Shown here: in pieces, positions 38,579 to 48,990 of the stretch
How positions within the stretch are numbered: position 1 is the first letter of the stretch
How the letters are laid out: the number at the start of each line of letters is the position of its first letter
NCBI GenBank assembly: GCA_023137195.1
Contig: JAGLPV010000001.1
Coordinates: 1-64,000, forward strand
Reading direction: 5' to 3'
Source of the DNA: Candidatus Aenigmatarchaeota archaeon
GTDB taxonomy: Archaea; EX4484-52
Length of the DNA stretch: 64,000 nucleotides
Notes under the pieces: model-generated
What the model saw: only the letters and a program-made list of their open reading frames with translations
The model's database searches: none
Told to the model about the DNA's origin: nothing
Made by a program: the position numbers and the translations under genes

Positions 38579-39752
38579 TTGGAACTCCTCCTAAAACGCC
38601 TTCTTTATAATAATCGCCATAATTTTTATTGATTTTTGTATTATCTCTGACAATACTATGAAGAATTACAATTTCACTTGTTGAATCTTTTTTATCAATA
38701 ATATTTATCTGGTCACTTCTTAAATAATTTAAAATCTCAGGTTGATGAGTTGTAAATATTAATTGTGAGTTAGTTTTATTATTTGCAAAGTAATTTATGA
38801 TAAATTCTACGATTTCAATATTGAATGAATTTTCAATTTCATCATACAATATTATTGAATCTTTTGATAGCTTTAGTAAATTATAAAAGATTAAAATGAA
38901 TTTTTGAGTTCCACTTGACTCTGCAATGAAATTTATTTTCAAATCTTTATTCTTATGTTTATGTATTAATAATAAATTCATAACATCTTCTTCTTCAATA
39001 TTTTCTCTTGTAATTGAATCCTCTTTTATAGTGATTGAAGTAATATTCTTCATTTTTCCTTTTACTAATTCTAAATCATGTATTGAAAAATCTGCAAAAG
39101 ATAATTTATCTAATAAATTTTCTTTTAATTTATTATCATTTAATAGAGAAAAGTCAATCGGATTTCTAAATAAATTATTGATAGTAAATATTTTAGTAAA
39201 AAAATCAAATACTGGTTTTAATGCCTTTGAATTCATTTGAACTGCTCTTGATAACATTAAAGTTTGAGGAATTACACTTGTTGATATTAATTTTAATTCT
39301 TTTTCATACTTTTCATTAAATTTAAATTCTTGTTTTTCCCTTGCAAATACTTCTGTTGGTTTTTGTGTATCGTATGCCTTAAGATATTCCTTAATTATTT
39401 TTTCATTAGTGTATGAAAAACCATAAATATATTTTTTATTCTCTGATATGAAAGTTATCTCAAATTCAGTAGGTTTACCAATTTCAGTTAAAAAAGGATT
39501 ATGTCTAATAGTAGTATTCACATTATGATTTTGAGAATTTAAAACCATCTTTTTCATAAAATCTAAACTCTCAATTAATGAAGTTTTACCAGAACCATTT
39601 ACTCCAACTAATCCTGTTACATTTAAAATATCAAGATTATTGATCGTGTTAATGAACTTATTTCCACTTTTTTCTTTTGATTTTTTAGTGAAATCAAGAG
39701 TTTGCTCATTTTTATATGAATTATAGTTTTTTAGTTTGAAATTAATTATCAT
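38559..39752 (-). CDS. RloA/AbiLi-like AAA (AAA_21) ATPase
   Basis: FKLKNYNSYK, GVNGSGKT, ESSGTQK, YDEIENSF, QLIFTTHQ, YKEGVLGGVP. Confidence 0.85.
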   Translation of the reverse strand: MIINFKLKNYNSYKNEQTLDFTKKSKEKSGNKFINTINNLDILNVTGLVGVNGSGKTSLIESLDFMKKMVLNSQNHNVNTTIRHNPFLTEIGKPTEFEITFISENKKYIYGFSYTNEKIIKEYLKAYDTQKPTEVFAREKQEFKFNEKYEKELKLISTSVIPQTLMLSRAVQMNSKALKPVFDFFTKIFTINNLFRNPIDFSLLNDNKLKENLLDKLSFADFSIHDLELVKGKMKNITSITIKEDSITRENIEEEDVMNLLLIHKHKNKDLKINFIAESSGTQKFILIFYNLLKLSKDSIILYDEIENSFNIEIVEFIINYFANNKTNSQLIFTTHQPEILNYLRSDQINIIDKKDSTSEIVILHSIVRDNTKINKNYGDYYKEGVLGGVPSVYKED

Positions 39753-39970
39753 AAGCCCATAAAGAATTAAATACTTATAAATCTATCGTCTATTTCTACA
39801 TTTTCTATTAATTTTTTAAAGAAAACAAGAAATTAACCTTTCTTAAATAAAGATTTATTTAAACCTTTTCATTAAAAATCGAAAAAATTTGATTTGGCGT
39901 AAGTTTAGGAACCCATATAATATCAACACAAATGTAATTAGTAATACTTTCTATAAAAACATCAACCCTG

Positions 39971-40160
39971 TGTTATCCCGATTTAATTTCCCCCCTCAAA
40001 TCGAATACATGTGGAAATTAAATCAAAAGAAAATCAAGTGGATAATAAGACCAAAAATAAACGGCATGAAAAACGTAAATATAGCACAAAGCCAAAATAT
40101 CAGCACCGGAAGAGTAAAACAATTATACTTAGAATACAAAAAAAACAGGCATCATACTAG
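39971..40160 (+). mobile_element. Remnant of an IS481-like element (left end + N-terminal HTH of transposase)
   Basis: Starts TGT. From 40009, KLNQKKIKWIIR...IAQSQNISTGRVKQLYLEYK resembles archaeal IS481-type transposase N-termini; no DDE core follows. Confidence 0.45.
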
Positions 40161-40208
40161 TATTAAATGGGCGAATGTCTGTAGTCCAAAACACATTATT
40201 TATGCGTG

Positions 40209-41336
40209 TTATTTTATAATTTTTCCTGCTTTTTTTATTATATCTTTATAAATCGAAAACTCATCAGAAAATTGCTCAGATGCTTCGTAATTACTAAATT
40301 GATATTCTTCATTTACACCAGTACTTGTACTTATAGTTATTGTTCCATATCTCACAATTGGAATTTCATGGTTACCTTTAAACCTTTTGTCAGGAGTTCC
40401 ATTTTTATTAACTTTTAACCATGTTTTATCTATGATTTTGGTATCATCAGGTACTTTATCTTGTTCCACAAAGTTTGTTTCGCTGAAATTAAATTCCAAT
40501 TCATTTAAACCGATAACACCAAAATCATTCTTGCCTTGCATAACTATAAAATTGGGATAAAAATATAGATCAGCACCATTTGCATTTTTTAAATACAAAG
40601 CTTTATTTTGATACTTAATATCATCTAAATCTTTAAAATCAAATTGTATCTCTGTTCTTAGAATGGCAGTCGAAGCAGCTGAGCGGGTAGCTATTCTGTC
40701 TTGCTCTTCTGCTCTCGTAATATCCCAAATTTTTTGAGAAGTTGTTAGTTTTTTAAAAGCTTCATATGCCGCTTCATATTTAGTCCTAAATTCCTTGTCA
40801 AATTCAACATCAAGTTTTACATAAGAATTATTTTTTTGTTCTTCCAACTCAATTATTGCATTCTTTTGTTTTTGTATGTTGCTCTTAAATTCATTTGTTA
40901 AATTTTTAGCTATAAAACCAAATATTAAGCCATAAATTACGAATAATTTAATTTTAGAAAAAAATAAATTTTTTTTAATTTTCTTAATATCTTTTTCAAG
41001 TTGTTTCCTTTGGTTATGAGCTTCAATTATAGATTTCTTGATGCCTTCCATGTCTTGGCTGGTAATTTTTTCAGGCTCAACACTAAAAATATTATCCTGT
41101 TTTTTAGGTATACTTTTTATTAGTGGCACTTCATTATATTGTTTTGTATCGGATGATATTTTTTGCCTTTTATGAATACCCGTCCCCAAAATCCTCGTAT
41201 TTAAGTAAGTGCCTTTTTTACCAAATGTTAAATTTACGCCTCTAATTCCTATCGAAGTGCTAATACCACTTTTACTTAAATTTAAACGTACGCCAGGAAT
41301 AATTTTAATTCTTCTTCTAAAGCTCCATAAAGACAT
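40209..41336 (-). CDS. DUF4236-domain protein
   Basis: N-term FRRRIKIIPGVRLNLSKSGISTSIG (DUF4236); C-term W..VNKNGTPDKRFKGN. Confidence 0.85.
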   Translation of the reverse strand: MSLWSFRRRIKIIPGVRLNLSKSGISTSIGIRGVNLTFGKKGTYLNTRILGTGIHKRQKISSDTKQYNEVPLIKSIPKKQDNIFSVEPEKITSQDMEGIKKSIIEAHNQRKQLEKDIKKIKKNLFFSKIKLFVIYGLIFGFIAKNLTNEFKSNIQKQKNAIIELEEQKNNSYVKLDVEFDKEFRTKYEAAYEAFKKLTTSQKIWDITRAEEQDRIATRSAASTAILRTEIQFDFKDLDDIKYQNKALYLKNANGADLYFYPNFIVMQGKNDFGVIGLNELEFNFSETNFVEQDKVPDDTKIIDKTWLKVNKNGTPDKRFKGNHEIPIVRYGTITISTSTGVNEEYQFSNYEASEQFSDEFSIYKDIIKKAGKIIK

Positions 41337-41469
41337 ATTAGTGTTTTTAAGTGTTTAAAAGTTTAATAAGTATGCTTAATTTACTACATTCTTACTGTTT
41401 TTAAAATCGTTTTCGGATTCGTCAGTTGGTGGAAGAGAAAACACATTATTTTCACCTCCAATCACTTGC

Positions 41470-42288
41470 TTACCTAAATTCCAACGAAAAATCAAACGCC
41501 TTTGCAGAATGAGTAATCGCCCCCACGGAAATAAAATCCACACCAGTCTCAGCCAGTTTACTAATATTTTCCAGCGTAACCCCCCCCGACACCTCAGTTT
41601 TTATTTTCCTATCAATCAACTTCACTGCCTTTTTTATTTTATCCAAACTCATGTTATCAAGCATAATAATATCGCACCCAACTTCAAGCACTTCTTTTAC
41701 CTCTTCAAGAGTTTCCACTTCAATCTCTATTTTCTTCTTACCTTCATGTTTTTTAGCAAGCATCAACGCATTTGTCACACTCCCTGCAATATTGATGTGA
41801 TTATCCTTTATCAAAATCATATCATAAAGCCCCATCCTATGGTTCTGCCCGCCGCCGCATTTGACCGCATATTTGTCTAGCTCTCTCATACAGGGAAGCG
41901 TCTTTCTCGTATCGAGGAGTATGGCTTTATCACCACATTTTTTTACAAATTCAGCAGTATATGTAGCAACACCGCTTGTTCTTTGCAGAAAATTCAATGC
42001 AACCCTCTCTGCCGCCAGTATCGCTTTTGCGCTCCCGTGGATTTTTGCTATTTTTTGGTCTTTCACTACTACATCGCCTTCTTTAACTAATTCTTTAAAA
42101 TCAATATTTGAATCAAGTTTGTGGAATGTTTTTTTTGCAATGTCCAGACCACAGACAACCCCTTTTTGGCGGGAAACAATGACAGCTTCGGTAATCTCAT
42201 CATTCTTGTTTAATATTGCCTCTGTGGTAATGTCACCACTCCTGATATCCTCTTCAAGTGCGTATTCAATTAATTGATCTACATCCAT
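41470..42288 (-). CDS. nadC: Quinolinate phosphoribosyltransferase
   Basis: EDIRSGDITT, ERVALNFLQ, DTRKT, HRMGLYD, IKDNH, MLDNM, SGGVT. Confidence 0.97.
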   Translation of the reverse strand: MDVDQLIEYALEEDIRSGDITTEAILNKNDEITEAVIVSRQKGVVCGLDIAKKTFHKLDSNIDFKELVKEGDVVVKDQKIAKIHGSAKAILAAERVALNFLQRTSGVATYTAEFVKKCGDKAILLDTRKTLPCMRELDKYAVKCGGGQNHRMGLYDMILIKDNHINIAGSVTNALMLAKKHEGKKKIEIEVETLEEVKEVLEVGCDIIMLDNMSLDKIKKAVKLIDRKIKTEVSGGVTLENISKLAETGVDFISVGAITHSAKAFDFSLEFR

Positions 42289-42289
42289 A

Positions 42290-43213
42290 TTATTTGCTGA
42301 TTTCAAGCATTTTGTCCAGTGCTTTTTTTGCATTTTTCATTATTGTCTCATCAATAGAAATACTGTATTTTTCATTTTCCAGCGCGTCAAGGACTTTGGC
42401 AAGAGTAATTTTTTGCATGCCTTCGCAGACTCCGCCTGCATTGATATAAGTGTTGCCCGGGCATTCTAAAATCAGTCGATTCAGCATGTTTTGTTCTGTT
42501 GCGATTATGAATTCCTGGTCTTGGAATGTTTTGCAATAGTCCAGCATGCCTTTTGTGCTTGCAACTTCGTCGCATATGTCCAGTACATCCGGGGTGCATT
42601 CCGGGTGAGCGACAACCTTTGCGTTAGGGTGCTGTTTTTTTAAGTCATCAATACTTTTTTTAGAAATATGAGTATGGACTGAACAGAAATTATCCGCCAG
42701 TATGATTTTTTTGTCGGAATGTTTTTGCACGTATTTGCCGAGATTCTGGTCCGGCGCAAATATTATTTTTTCACATTCAATGGAATTTACGATGCCGATT
42801 GCATTTGCTGAGGTACAGCAGGCAGCCGAGATTGCTTTTAGTTCTGCGCTTGAATTGACATAAGTTACCAATGCTGCATCAGGATGCTTTTCTTTTAATT
42901 TACGAACCTCGTCAACATCTCCATTTTTAACAAGGGTGCATCCTGCACTAATATCCGGCAGAAGAACAGTCTTTTGCGGGCTGAGTATTTTGGCGGTTTC
43001 TGCCATGAACTTTACCCCGCAAAAAACAATCAGGTTTTTATCTGTTTTGGATGCAATTTTACTTAACTCGAAAGAATCTCCGATAGAATCAGCGATGCGG
43101 TAAATACCGTATTCTTGGTAATTGTGCGCCAGGATCAGGGCATCTTTTTCTTTCTTTAGGCGCAGTATTTTGGCAATTATTTTCTCGTCTTCCTTTGATA
43201 TTTTTGGCAACAT
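42290..43213 (-). CDS. nadA: Quinolinate synthase
   Basis: ILAHNYQ, FCGVKFMAE, AGC, YVNSSA, C.VH, AHPEC, C.GMQKITL. Confidence 0.96.
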   Translation of the reverse strand: MLPKISKEDEKIIAKILRLKKEKDALILAHNYQEYGIYRIADSIGDSFELSKIASKTDKNLIVFCGVKFMAETAKILSPQKTVLLPDISAGCTLVKNGDVDEVRKLKEKHPDAALVTYVNSSAELKAISAACCTSANAIGIVNSIECEKIIFAPDQNLGKYVQKHSDKKIILADNFCSVHTHISKKSIDDLKKQHPNAKVVAHPECTPDVLDICDEVASTKGMLDYCKTFQDQEFIIATEQNMLNRLILECPGNTYINAGGVCEGMQKITLAKVLDALENEKYSISIDETIMKNAKKALDKMLEISK

Positions 43214-43226
43214 ACTAAATCGGGGT

Positions 43227-44171
43227 TTAAAAGTTAATAAATCTAACTATATATTCCCTGAAAAGGAGGAAAAATAGTATTGTAAAAAAGAATACCGGGG
43301 CATATCTCACCCCGTCTTTGACATAGACATATTTTTGCTTTTTTTGTATTTTCTTGATATCTTCGTTTGTTATGCCTTCATAGCGCGTCCCTTCAATATT
43401 TAGGATTTTTTTAATAAATTCAATAATTTTTTGAAACAATGATTTGGGTTTGCCTGTTTCTTCTTTTGGTTTTGTTTCTTTAATGACCTCTGCAATCACA
43501 TCTCCTTCAAGCAGGTCAGATGTTTTTATCTTTTTTTTATAGACTGATGAATCCGCGAATTTTGCGAATTTCAAAAGAACATAAAACATAGGTATGAGAA
43601 CCATAAATTCAAGAATCGCGTTTTTTAGCAAATACAATTTTATGTAATTAGTATAGCAGCACAGGATAACTCCTATAATAAGAACATAGCTTATTACACG
43701 AACCTGTGATTTTTCCTTTAGGAGATATTTACCAAATGCTTTTGTTTTTTTATTCTTCACCATGATGATTATGCTGAATGCGATGGAATATACGCCGCCT
43801 ATCGCAAATGAAGCAATAAGAAATATGCCTGCAAAAAGAAGAGCCTCGTTAAATGTGTTTGGAACAGAGAACAGATAAGGCAGTAAAACTCCAAGGGATG
43901 CAAGGATAAGTACATCTGCTTCTCCCCATTGGGAAAGCCAAAATAGGAGATAACCGATTACTAGAAAAAGACCACATGTTGTAAGAATCGACACAAATGG
44001 AAACGCATTTTTATTGAATAAAAAGTCAAAGGCATACAAAATAATGCCTGCAATAGAAATCAGGATAGGAACTTCATCAGGGATTTCACTTGTTTTCAAG
44101 TCGAAGTATCCTCCTGCCGCGCTCCCAATTAATGCAACAGTGGCAAAAAGGAATAATAGGGAAAAAGACAT
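43227..44171 (-). CDS. Prepilin/preflagellin peptidase (A24)
   Basis: FDLKTSEIPD and WGEAD aspartate motifs; multi-TM; C-term L.EGD...GIT...VRYAPVF. Confidence 0.85.
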   Translation of the reverse strand: MSFSLLFLFATVALIGSAAGGYFDLKTSEIPDEVPILISIAGIILYAFDFLFNKNAFPFVSILTTCGLFLVIGYLLFWLSQWGEADVLILASLGVLLPYLFSVPNTFNEALLFAGIFLIASFAIGGVYSIAFSIIIMVKNKKTKAFGKYLLKEKSQVRVISYVLIIGVILCCYTNYIKLYLLKNAILEFMVLIPMFYVLLKFAKFADSSVYKKKIKTSDLLEGDVIAEVIKETKPKEETGKPKSLFQKIIEFIKKILNIEGTRYEGITNEDIKKIQKKQKYVYVKDGVRYAPVFFFTILFFLLFREYIVRFINF

Positions 44172-44196
44172 ATTTTATCAACAAAGCAAAAATATG

Positions 44197-45267
44197 TTAT
44201 TCCTCGCTATTTTCGTCTGCGTACACATTTTCCTTTGGTTCTTCCTCTACAGACATATTTTGATTTAGCTGACTTGATTTGAATTTTGAAATTATTTTCT
44301 TTCTTCTTCTCTTTTTTGGAAAGCCGGGGATTTCTTCTTCATTTGCATCTTCTTCAGTTGATATTTTTTCTATCTGGTCCTCGATTCCAAGGGATTTTAT
44401 GAGGTCTTTATACCTGTTTCTTATTGTGACTTCTGTGACTCCTACAATATCGGCGATATCTCTTTGAGTTTGTTTCCTGCCTTCCAGAACTGCTGCAATA
44501 TATATTGCTGCTGCGGCAACGCCAGTTGGACCTTTTCCTGAAATTATTTTTGAATCTTTTGTTTTTTCAACAATGTCCTTTGCTCTTGCTTCTACTTTCC
44601 CGTCAAGACCCAATAGTGATACAAACCTGGGGATGTATTGTTTTGATGTAGCAGGAAGAATTTTCAGGCTAAGTTGTCTTGAAATATACCTATATGCCCT
44701 TCCGATCTCTCTTTTTTCAATACCGGATGCTGCCGAGAGTTCTGAAATTGTTCTTGGAACACCGTAGCTTCTTGCGACGGCATATATTAAAGCAGTAATT
44801 ATGGATTCTATTGATCTTCCTCTTACAACGCCTTTTTTTACTGCTTTTTCATATAGACGTGCAACTTCTTCATGTATTGCCTTTGGGAGCATTAGGTAAG
44901 AGACCTGTCTTTCCAGTTCAGCGAGAGAATAGTTAAGGTTTCTTTCCTTTGAATTCATTATTCTCTTGTTCCATTTTCTTAACCTGTAGTACTGGTTTCT
45001 TTTTTTGGATGTTAATTTATACATCTCTGCATTTCCTTTACCGATTTCAGTTGAGATTCCCTTGTTGTGCTTTGTAAATGTTATTGGAGCCCCAGTTCTT
45101 GTTCTGGAGGTTTGTTGTTCAGAACTGAAAGAGCGCCATTCTGCCTGGGTGTCAATTTCATTTTCTTCTATTATAGCACCGCATTTGGTGCAATATATTA
45201 TTCCGCGTGAGCCGTCTGTCTTTAATTCATCATTTCCGCAATATTTGCATTTTTTTTTCTCAATCAT
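44197..45267 (-). CDS. tfb: Transcription initiation factor IIB
   Basis: Zn ribbon CKYC...CTKCG, EWRSF, RGRSIE, GKGPTGVAAA, VTEVTIRNRYK. Confidence 0.97.
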   Translation of the reverse strand: MIEKKKCKYCGNDELKTDGSRGIIYCTKCGAIIEENEIDTQAEWRSFSSEQQTSRTRTGAPITFTKHNKGISTEIGKGNAEMYKLTSKKRNQYYRLRKWNKRIMNSKERNLNYSLAELERQVSYLMLPKAIHEEVARLYEKAVKKGVVRGRSIESIITALIYAVARSYGVPRTISELSAASGIEKREIGRAYRYISRQLSLKILPATSKQYIPRFVSLLGLDGKVEARAKDIVEKTKDSKIISGKGPTGVAAAAIYIAAVLEGRKQTQRDIADIVGVTEVTIRNRYKDLIKSLGIEDQIEKISTEEDANEEEIPGFPKKRRRKKIISKFKSSQLNQNMSVEEEPKENVYADENSEE

Positions 45268-45377
45268 AATTTTACCTGCTAAAAACCATAGTTTTTTAAA
45301 TATTTACTAATAATGATGGTAAAGCTTATAAAGATTTTGTTTTTTCGAACTCCTTTTATTAAATGAGTTAGGTAGCA

Positions 45378-47537
45378 TTATGTGGTTGAAAGACCGCCAA
45401 CAATACCTTCTATCAATGGATTAAACATGGCACCCAGTATGATGTAGACCAATACATACATTCCTAATCCTATAAGCAAAAAATGCCAGCATAATACATT
45501 TTCTTTTATCTCATCTTCGCCGGTATCTATTCTTACAGTAAATTTTGCCATTAAAATCAATGTTTCAATAATATAGATGCCGACAATCAATTGCAGGAGT
45601 TCCGGGGGCACTGCATTTGGTGAGATGATGTTCATCATTCCAAAATTTCCACCGACTCCCATTTCAGAAACAGCTGTTGCTTCTCCTATTTTTTCAAGTT
45701 GTTTTGTCAGGATAAATACAATTGTCATCATCAGTTTTGAGACAGCGACAACTACTCCAGAGATTAAGGGAATAAGGATGTAGCTTTGGAATTTTAGGGA
45801 AGATATTGTCGGTGCCATTAATTCATCAATTGTTGATTGCGTATTTTTTAGGGAGTGCAAATAGCTGGCTATAGTAAGGGTCGTAAGAGAGGCGGATTTT
45901 GTTCCTTTTTTTATTGCAGAAGAGATTGCCTGCATAATGGTTTTTATCAATTTTGATGGATAATACCGCAATGCGCCTCTTTCCTTGTCAAAAAGAGCTT
46001 TGCTAAATGGCATAGACATTTGATTTATATTCTGCAGTATTTTTAAGAAAAGGCTCGTTATGCTTAATTGCTGTGTGTCTCTTTGGGCTTCGGCAATTGC
46101 TGATTCGATAGGCGTTCCGCCACTCATCCGGTTTCCAAGAGCAAAAAGGGCATCTTCAAATTCATTTTCAATGAAATCTATTTCTTCGGTTAAATGGATT
46201 TTCTGGAAACTTGACAGATAAAAGTACAGTATTGTTGAAAAACCCACAGCAATGATTATTGAAAGGGACATTATTGTTGAAAAAAAATTAGTTTCCAGTT
46301 GTTCACCAGTTATAGGATTAGTATAGAAAAAATTACTTTGCAGCATAAATAAAACGCCTGGAAGTGCTAATACAACCAAGACAAAAAGTGCAATGGGTAA
46401 TACGGGAAGTTCCATTTTTTTATTTCCCAAACCAACAACAATGTTTTTTTCAGAGGTGTAATCAGGGTGTTCTGTTATGTCTACTTTTGAATGAGTGACG
46501 GGTCTTCCTTCCATGATATTTTTCATAAAAATAAAGACAAAGAAGGGGAGAATTATATCATAACCTATGAACATATAAAAAACCAGATTACCGATAGCAT
46601 CTCCCATAAAAATAGCCATGAGTGGAAACATTAGCATTGCAAGAACGGGGAGTAAAATACCCAGCCCGTGCAGAACTGCGATAGGCATGCTTAGGTTTCT
46701 TACATATTTTTTCATTTTTTCCTGCGACCCTTCAAGTATGATAGATACGGATTTATCCAGTAGTGTTTCTCTCCTGTATGGATTAGACTCCAGCATAGAT
46801 TCACGGATAAGATGTATTGATTCAATGAAATCCCTGTTGTAGTTGTGCCATTGATTGAGATAATCATCCAGTGCATCATACATGTTGCTGAATTTTCCGA
46901 TTTCAACTTTCCACATCAATAATTTAAAATCTTTTGATATTTTTCCGCTCATGTTCTTGGCAGTGAACCGGATGGCACCTTCAAGATTAGGCGTTGTTTT
47001 CATATAGATTATCAGGTATAGTATTGCCATTACGAGGTCTCCTCCAACCTTCATACGCAGCATGTTTGCTTTTTTTTGTATGTATGTAGAAAAAGAATAG
47101 TATATGACAAGGGGCAGAAAAATAAATGCAATCATAAGGATTTTTGGTATTGGCAATCCTGCTGTGGCAAGAGAGAAAGGGAGTATTGCAAGAGGCAGTG
47201 AAAGAAGAGCCGCAAGATAGGTCATACTAAATGTTTCTTCTATTGTCACTTTATAGTCCAGAAAATTTATTGCCTGTCTTAGGTCATTGTATTCGTCTTC
47301 TTTTGGAGGTGCTATATTAAATACTTTTTGCGCGAATTTTGCTCCCTGTTCATACCAATTTAATTTTTTTTGCGCTTCATCTTCACTACGGTATTGTTCA
47401 AATTCTTTTGAAACACCTATTTCTTCATCATATTTAGTATCTGGTGTTTCGTCAGCATAACCGTATTTTTTGAGTATCTTATTCAATGCCTTTTTATCTA
47501 TTTTTCCCTTTTTCCCTTTTTCGTTTGTTTGGCTCAT
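45378..47537 (-). CDS. Type IV pilus/T2SS membrane platform protein (TadC/FlaJ-like, two GspF-like repeats)
   Basis: Multi-TM with PNLEGAIRF and EFEDALFALGNRMSGGTPIE. Start moved to MSQTNEK to avoid overlap with the divergent gene. Confidence 0.75.
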   Translation of the reverse strand: MSQTNEKGKKGKIDKKALNKILKKYGYADETPDTKYDEEIGVSKEFEQYRSEDEAQKKLNWYEQGAKFAQKVFNIAPPKEDEYNDLRQAINFLDYKVTIEETFSMTYLAALLSLPLAILPFSLATAGLPIPKILMIAFIFLPLVIYYSFSTYIQKKANMLRMKVGGDLVMAILYLIIYMKTTPNLEGAIRFTAKNMSGKISKDFKLLMWKVEIGKFSNMYDALDDYLNQWHNYNRDFIESIHLIRESMLESNPYRRETLLDKSVSIILEGSQEKMKKYVRNLSMPIAVLHGLGILLPVLAMLMFPLMAIFMGDAIGNLVFYMFIGYDIILPFFVFIFMKNIMEGRPVTHSKVDITEHPDYTSEKNIVVGLGNKKMELPVLPIALFVLVVLALPGVLFMLQSNFFYTNPITGEQLETNFFSTIMSLSIIIAVGFSTILYFYLSSFQKIHLTEEIDFIENEFEDALFALGNRMSGGTPIESAIAEAQRDTQQLSITSLFLKILQNINQMSMPFSKALFDKERGALRYYPSKLIKTIMQAISSAIKKGTKSASLTTLTIASYLHSLKNTQSTIDELMAPTISSLKFQSYILIPLISGVVVAVSKLMMTIVFILTKQLEKIGEATAVSEMGVGGNFGMMNIISPNAVPPELLQLIVGIYIIETLILMAKFTVRIDTGEDEIKENVLCWHFLLIGLGMYVLVYIILGAMFNPLIEGIVGGLSTT

Positions 47538-47588
47538 TAATACTATTTTATTGACAAAATATATAAAGAATACTGTGTTTATCATTAA

Positions 47589-48860
47589 ATGAAATATTTT
47601 TGTGACCTCCATATACATTCGAGATATTCGCGCGGTACAAGCAAAAACATTACGATTGAAAACCTTGCTAAATATGCCAAAATAAAGGGATTGAATATTA
47701 TTGGGACTGGTGATTTTACGCATCATGAGTGGTTTGCTGAATTGAAAGAGAAACTTCAGGAAAAGAACAATAAGGGAATATATTATTTTAAGAAAGATAC
47801 ATCCCAGAGTAGTCTTCTTCAATATTCTGATTTGTCGGGTGGGCAGGAAGAGGAGAAGGAAGTTGGGTTTGTTTTCCAGACAGAGATTTCTTTAATGTAT
47901 TCTGATGAGGAAAAATCGAGAAAAGTTCACATAGTATTGTTGTCGCCGAATATTGAAGTGACAGAGCAGATAAACAAATACCTTGCATCAAAGGGAAGGA
48001 TGGATTATGATGGCAGACCGATATTCGGGCATCTTCCATGCCATCAGCTGACTGCTGATTTAAAAAAAATATCCGATGATATCGAGATTATTCCTGCGCA
48101 TGTGTGGACCCCGTGGTTTGGCTTGTTTGGTTCCAAGTCTGGTTTTGACAGGATAGAGGATGCTTTTTTGGATCAGACAAAACATATTTACGGGCTTGAG
48201 ACAGGACTTTCAAGCGACCCAAAAATGAATTACCATCTGAGTTGTCTTGATAGGTTTGTTATGATAAGCAGCAGTGATGCGCATTCTTATTATCCGTGGC
48301 GATTGGGCAGGGAGGCGACGATATTTGATTTTGAGAAAGAAATATCTTATGATGATTTGATTGGTGCAATAAGGCAAAAAAATAAAGGGTATTCTGGTAC
48401 CATTGAAGTTGATCCGCGTTATGGAAAATATTACTTTGACGGGCACAGGGACTGTAACATTAGTATATCTCCTACAGAGGCAATAGAAAAGTATCACAAC
48501 ATCTGTCCTGTCTGTAAAAAGCCGTTGACAATAGGTGTTTTTCATCGTGTAATGGAACTTGCAGACAGGAAGGAAGAATATGTCGCCGCGGACAAGCCAT
48601 CTTATTATACTTTGCTTCCTCTTTTTGAAATAATTTCTGCTGTGAAGAATATCTCGACACTACAGTCTAAGACGATATGGGGTATTTATAACAGGATGAT
48701 AAAACAGTTCGGGAATGAATATAATATTTTGATTAATGTTCCGGAAGAGGAGTTGTCTAAGATTGTGGATGAAAAAATAGCAAAAGAGATAGTAAATATA
48801 AGAAATAAGCAATACCTCATTGAAGAAGGAAGCGATGGGGTTTACGGTAAATTAAAATAG
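47589..48860 (+). CDS. Endonuclease Q family (PHP domain + Zn finger)
   Basis: DLHIHSRYS, GTGDFTH, PAHVWTPW, ETGLSSD, SDAHS, GKYYFDGHRDC, CPVC, GVYGK. Confidence 0.9.
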   Translation: MKYFCDLHIHSRYSRGTSKNITIENLAKYAKIKGLNIIGTGDFTHHEWFAELKEKLQEKNNKGIYYFKKDTSQSSLLQYSDLSGGQEEEKEVGFVFQTEISLMYSDEEKSRKVHIVLLSPNIEVTEQINKYLASKGRMDYDGRPIFGHLPCHQLTADLKKISDDIEIIPAHVWTPWFGLFGSKSGFDRIEDAFLDQTKHIYGLETGLSSDPKMNYHLSCLDRFVMISSSDAHSYYPWRLGREATIFDFEKEISYDDLIGAIRQKNKGYSGTIEVDPRYGKYYFDGHRDCNISISPTEAIEKYHNICPVCKKPLTIGVFHRVMELADRKEEYVAADKPSYYTLLPLFEIISAVKNISTLQSKTIWGIYNRMIKQFGNEYNILINVPEEELSKIVDEKIAKEIVNIRNKQYLIEEGSDGVYGKLK

Positions 48861-48867
48861 GTTTAAG

Positions 48868-48941
48868 GGCGAGAGCCGGGACTCGAACCCGGGACAGAGG
48901 AGCCACAATCCTCTAGGCTAACCAACTACCCTACTCCCGTC
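48868..48941 (-). tRNA. tRNA-His(GTG) with encoded G-1
   Basis: G-ACGGGAG-TAGGGTAGTTGGTTAGCCTA-GAGGA-TTGTGGC-TCCTC-TGTC-CCGGGTTCGAGTCCCGG-CTCTCGC-C; G-1 pairs with C73. Confidence 0.92.
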
Positions 48942-48990
48942 ATTTTTTGGATTAAAGATATATATTTAAATATTAAAATTTAAAAAGGGT

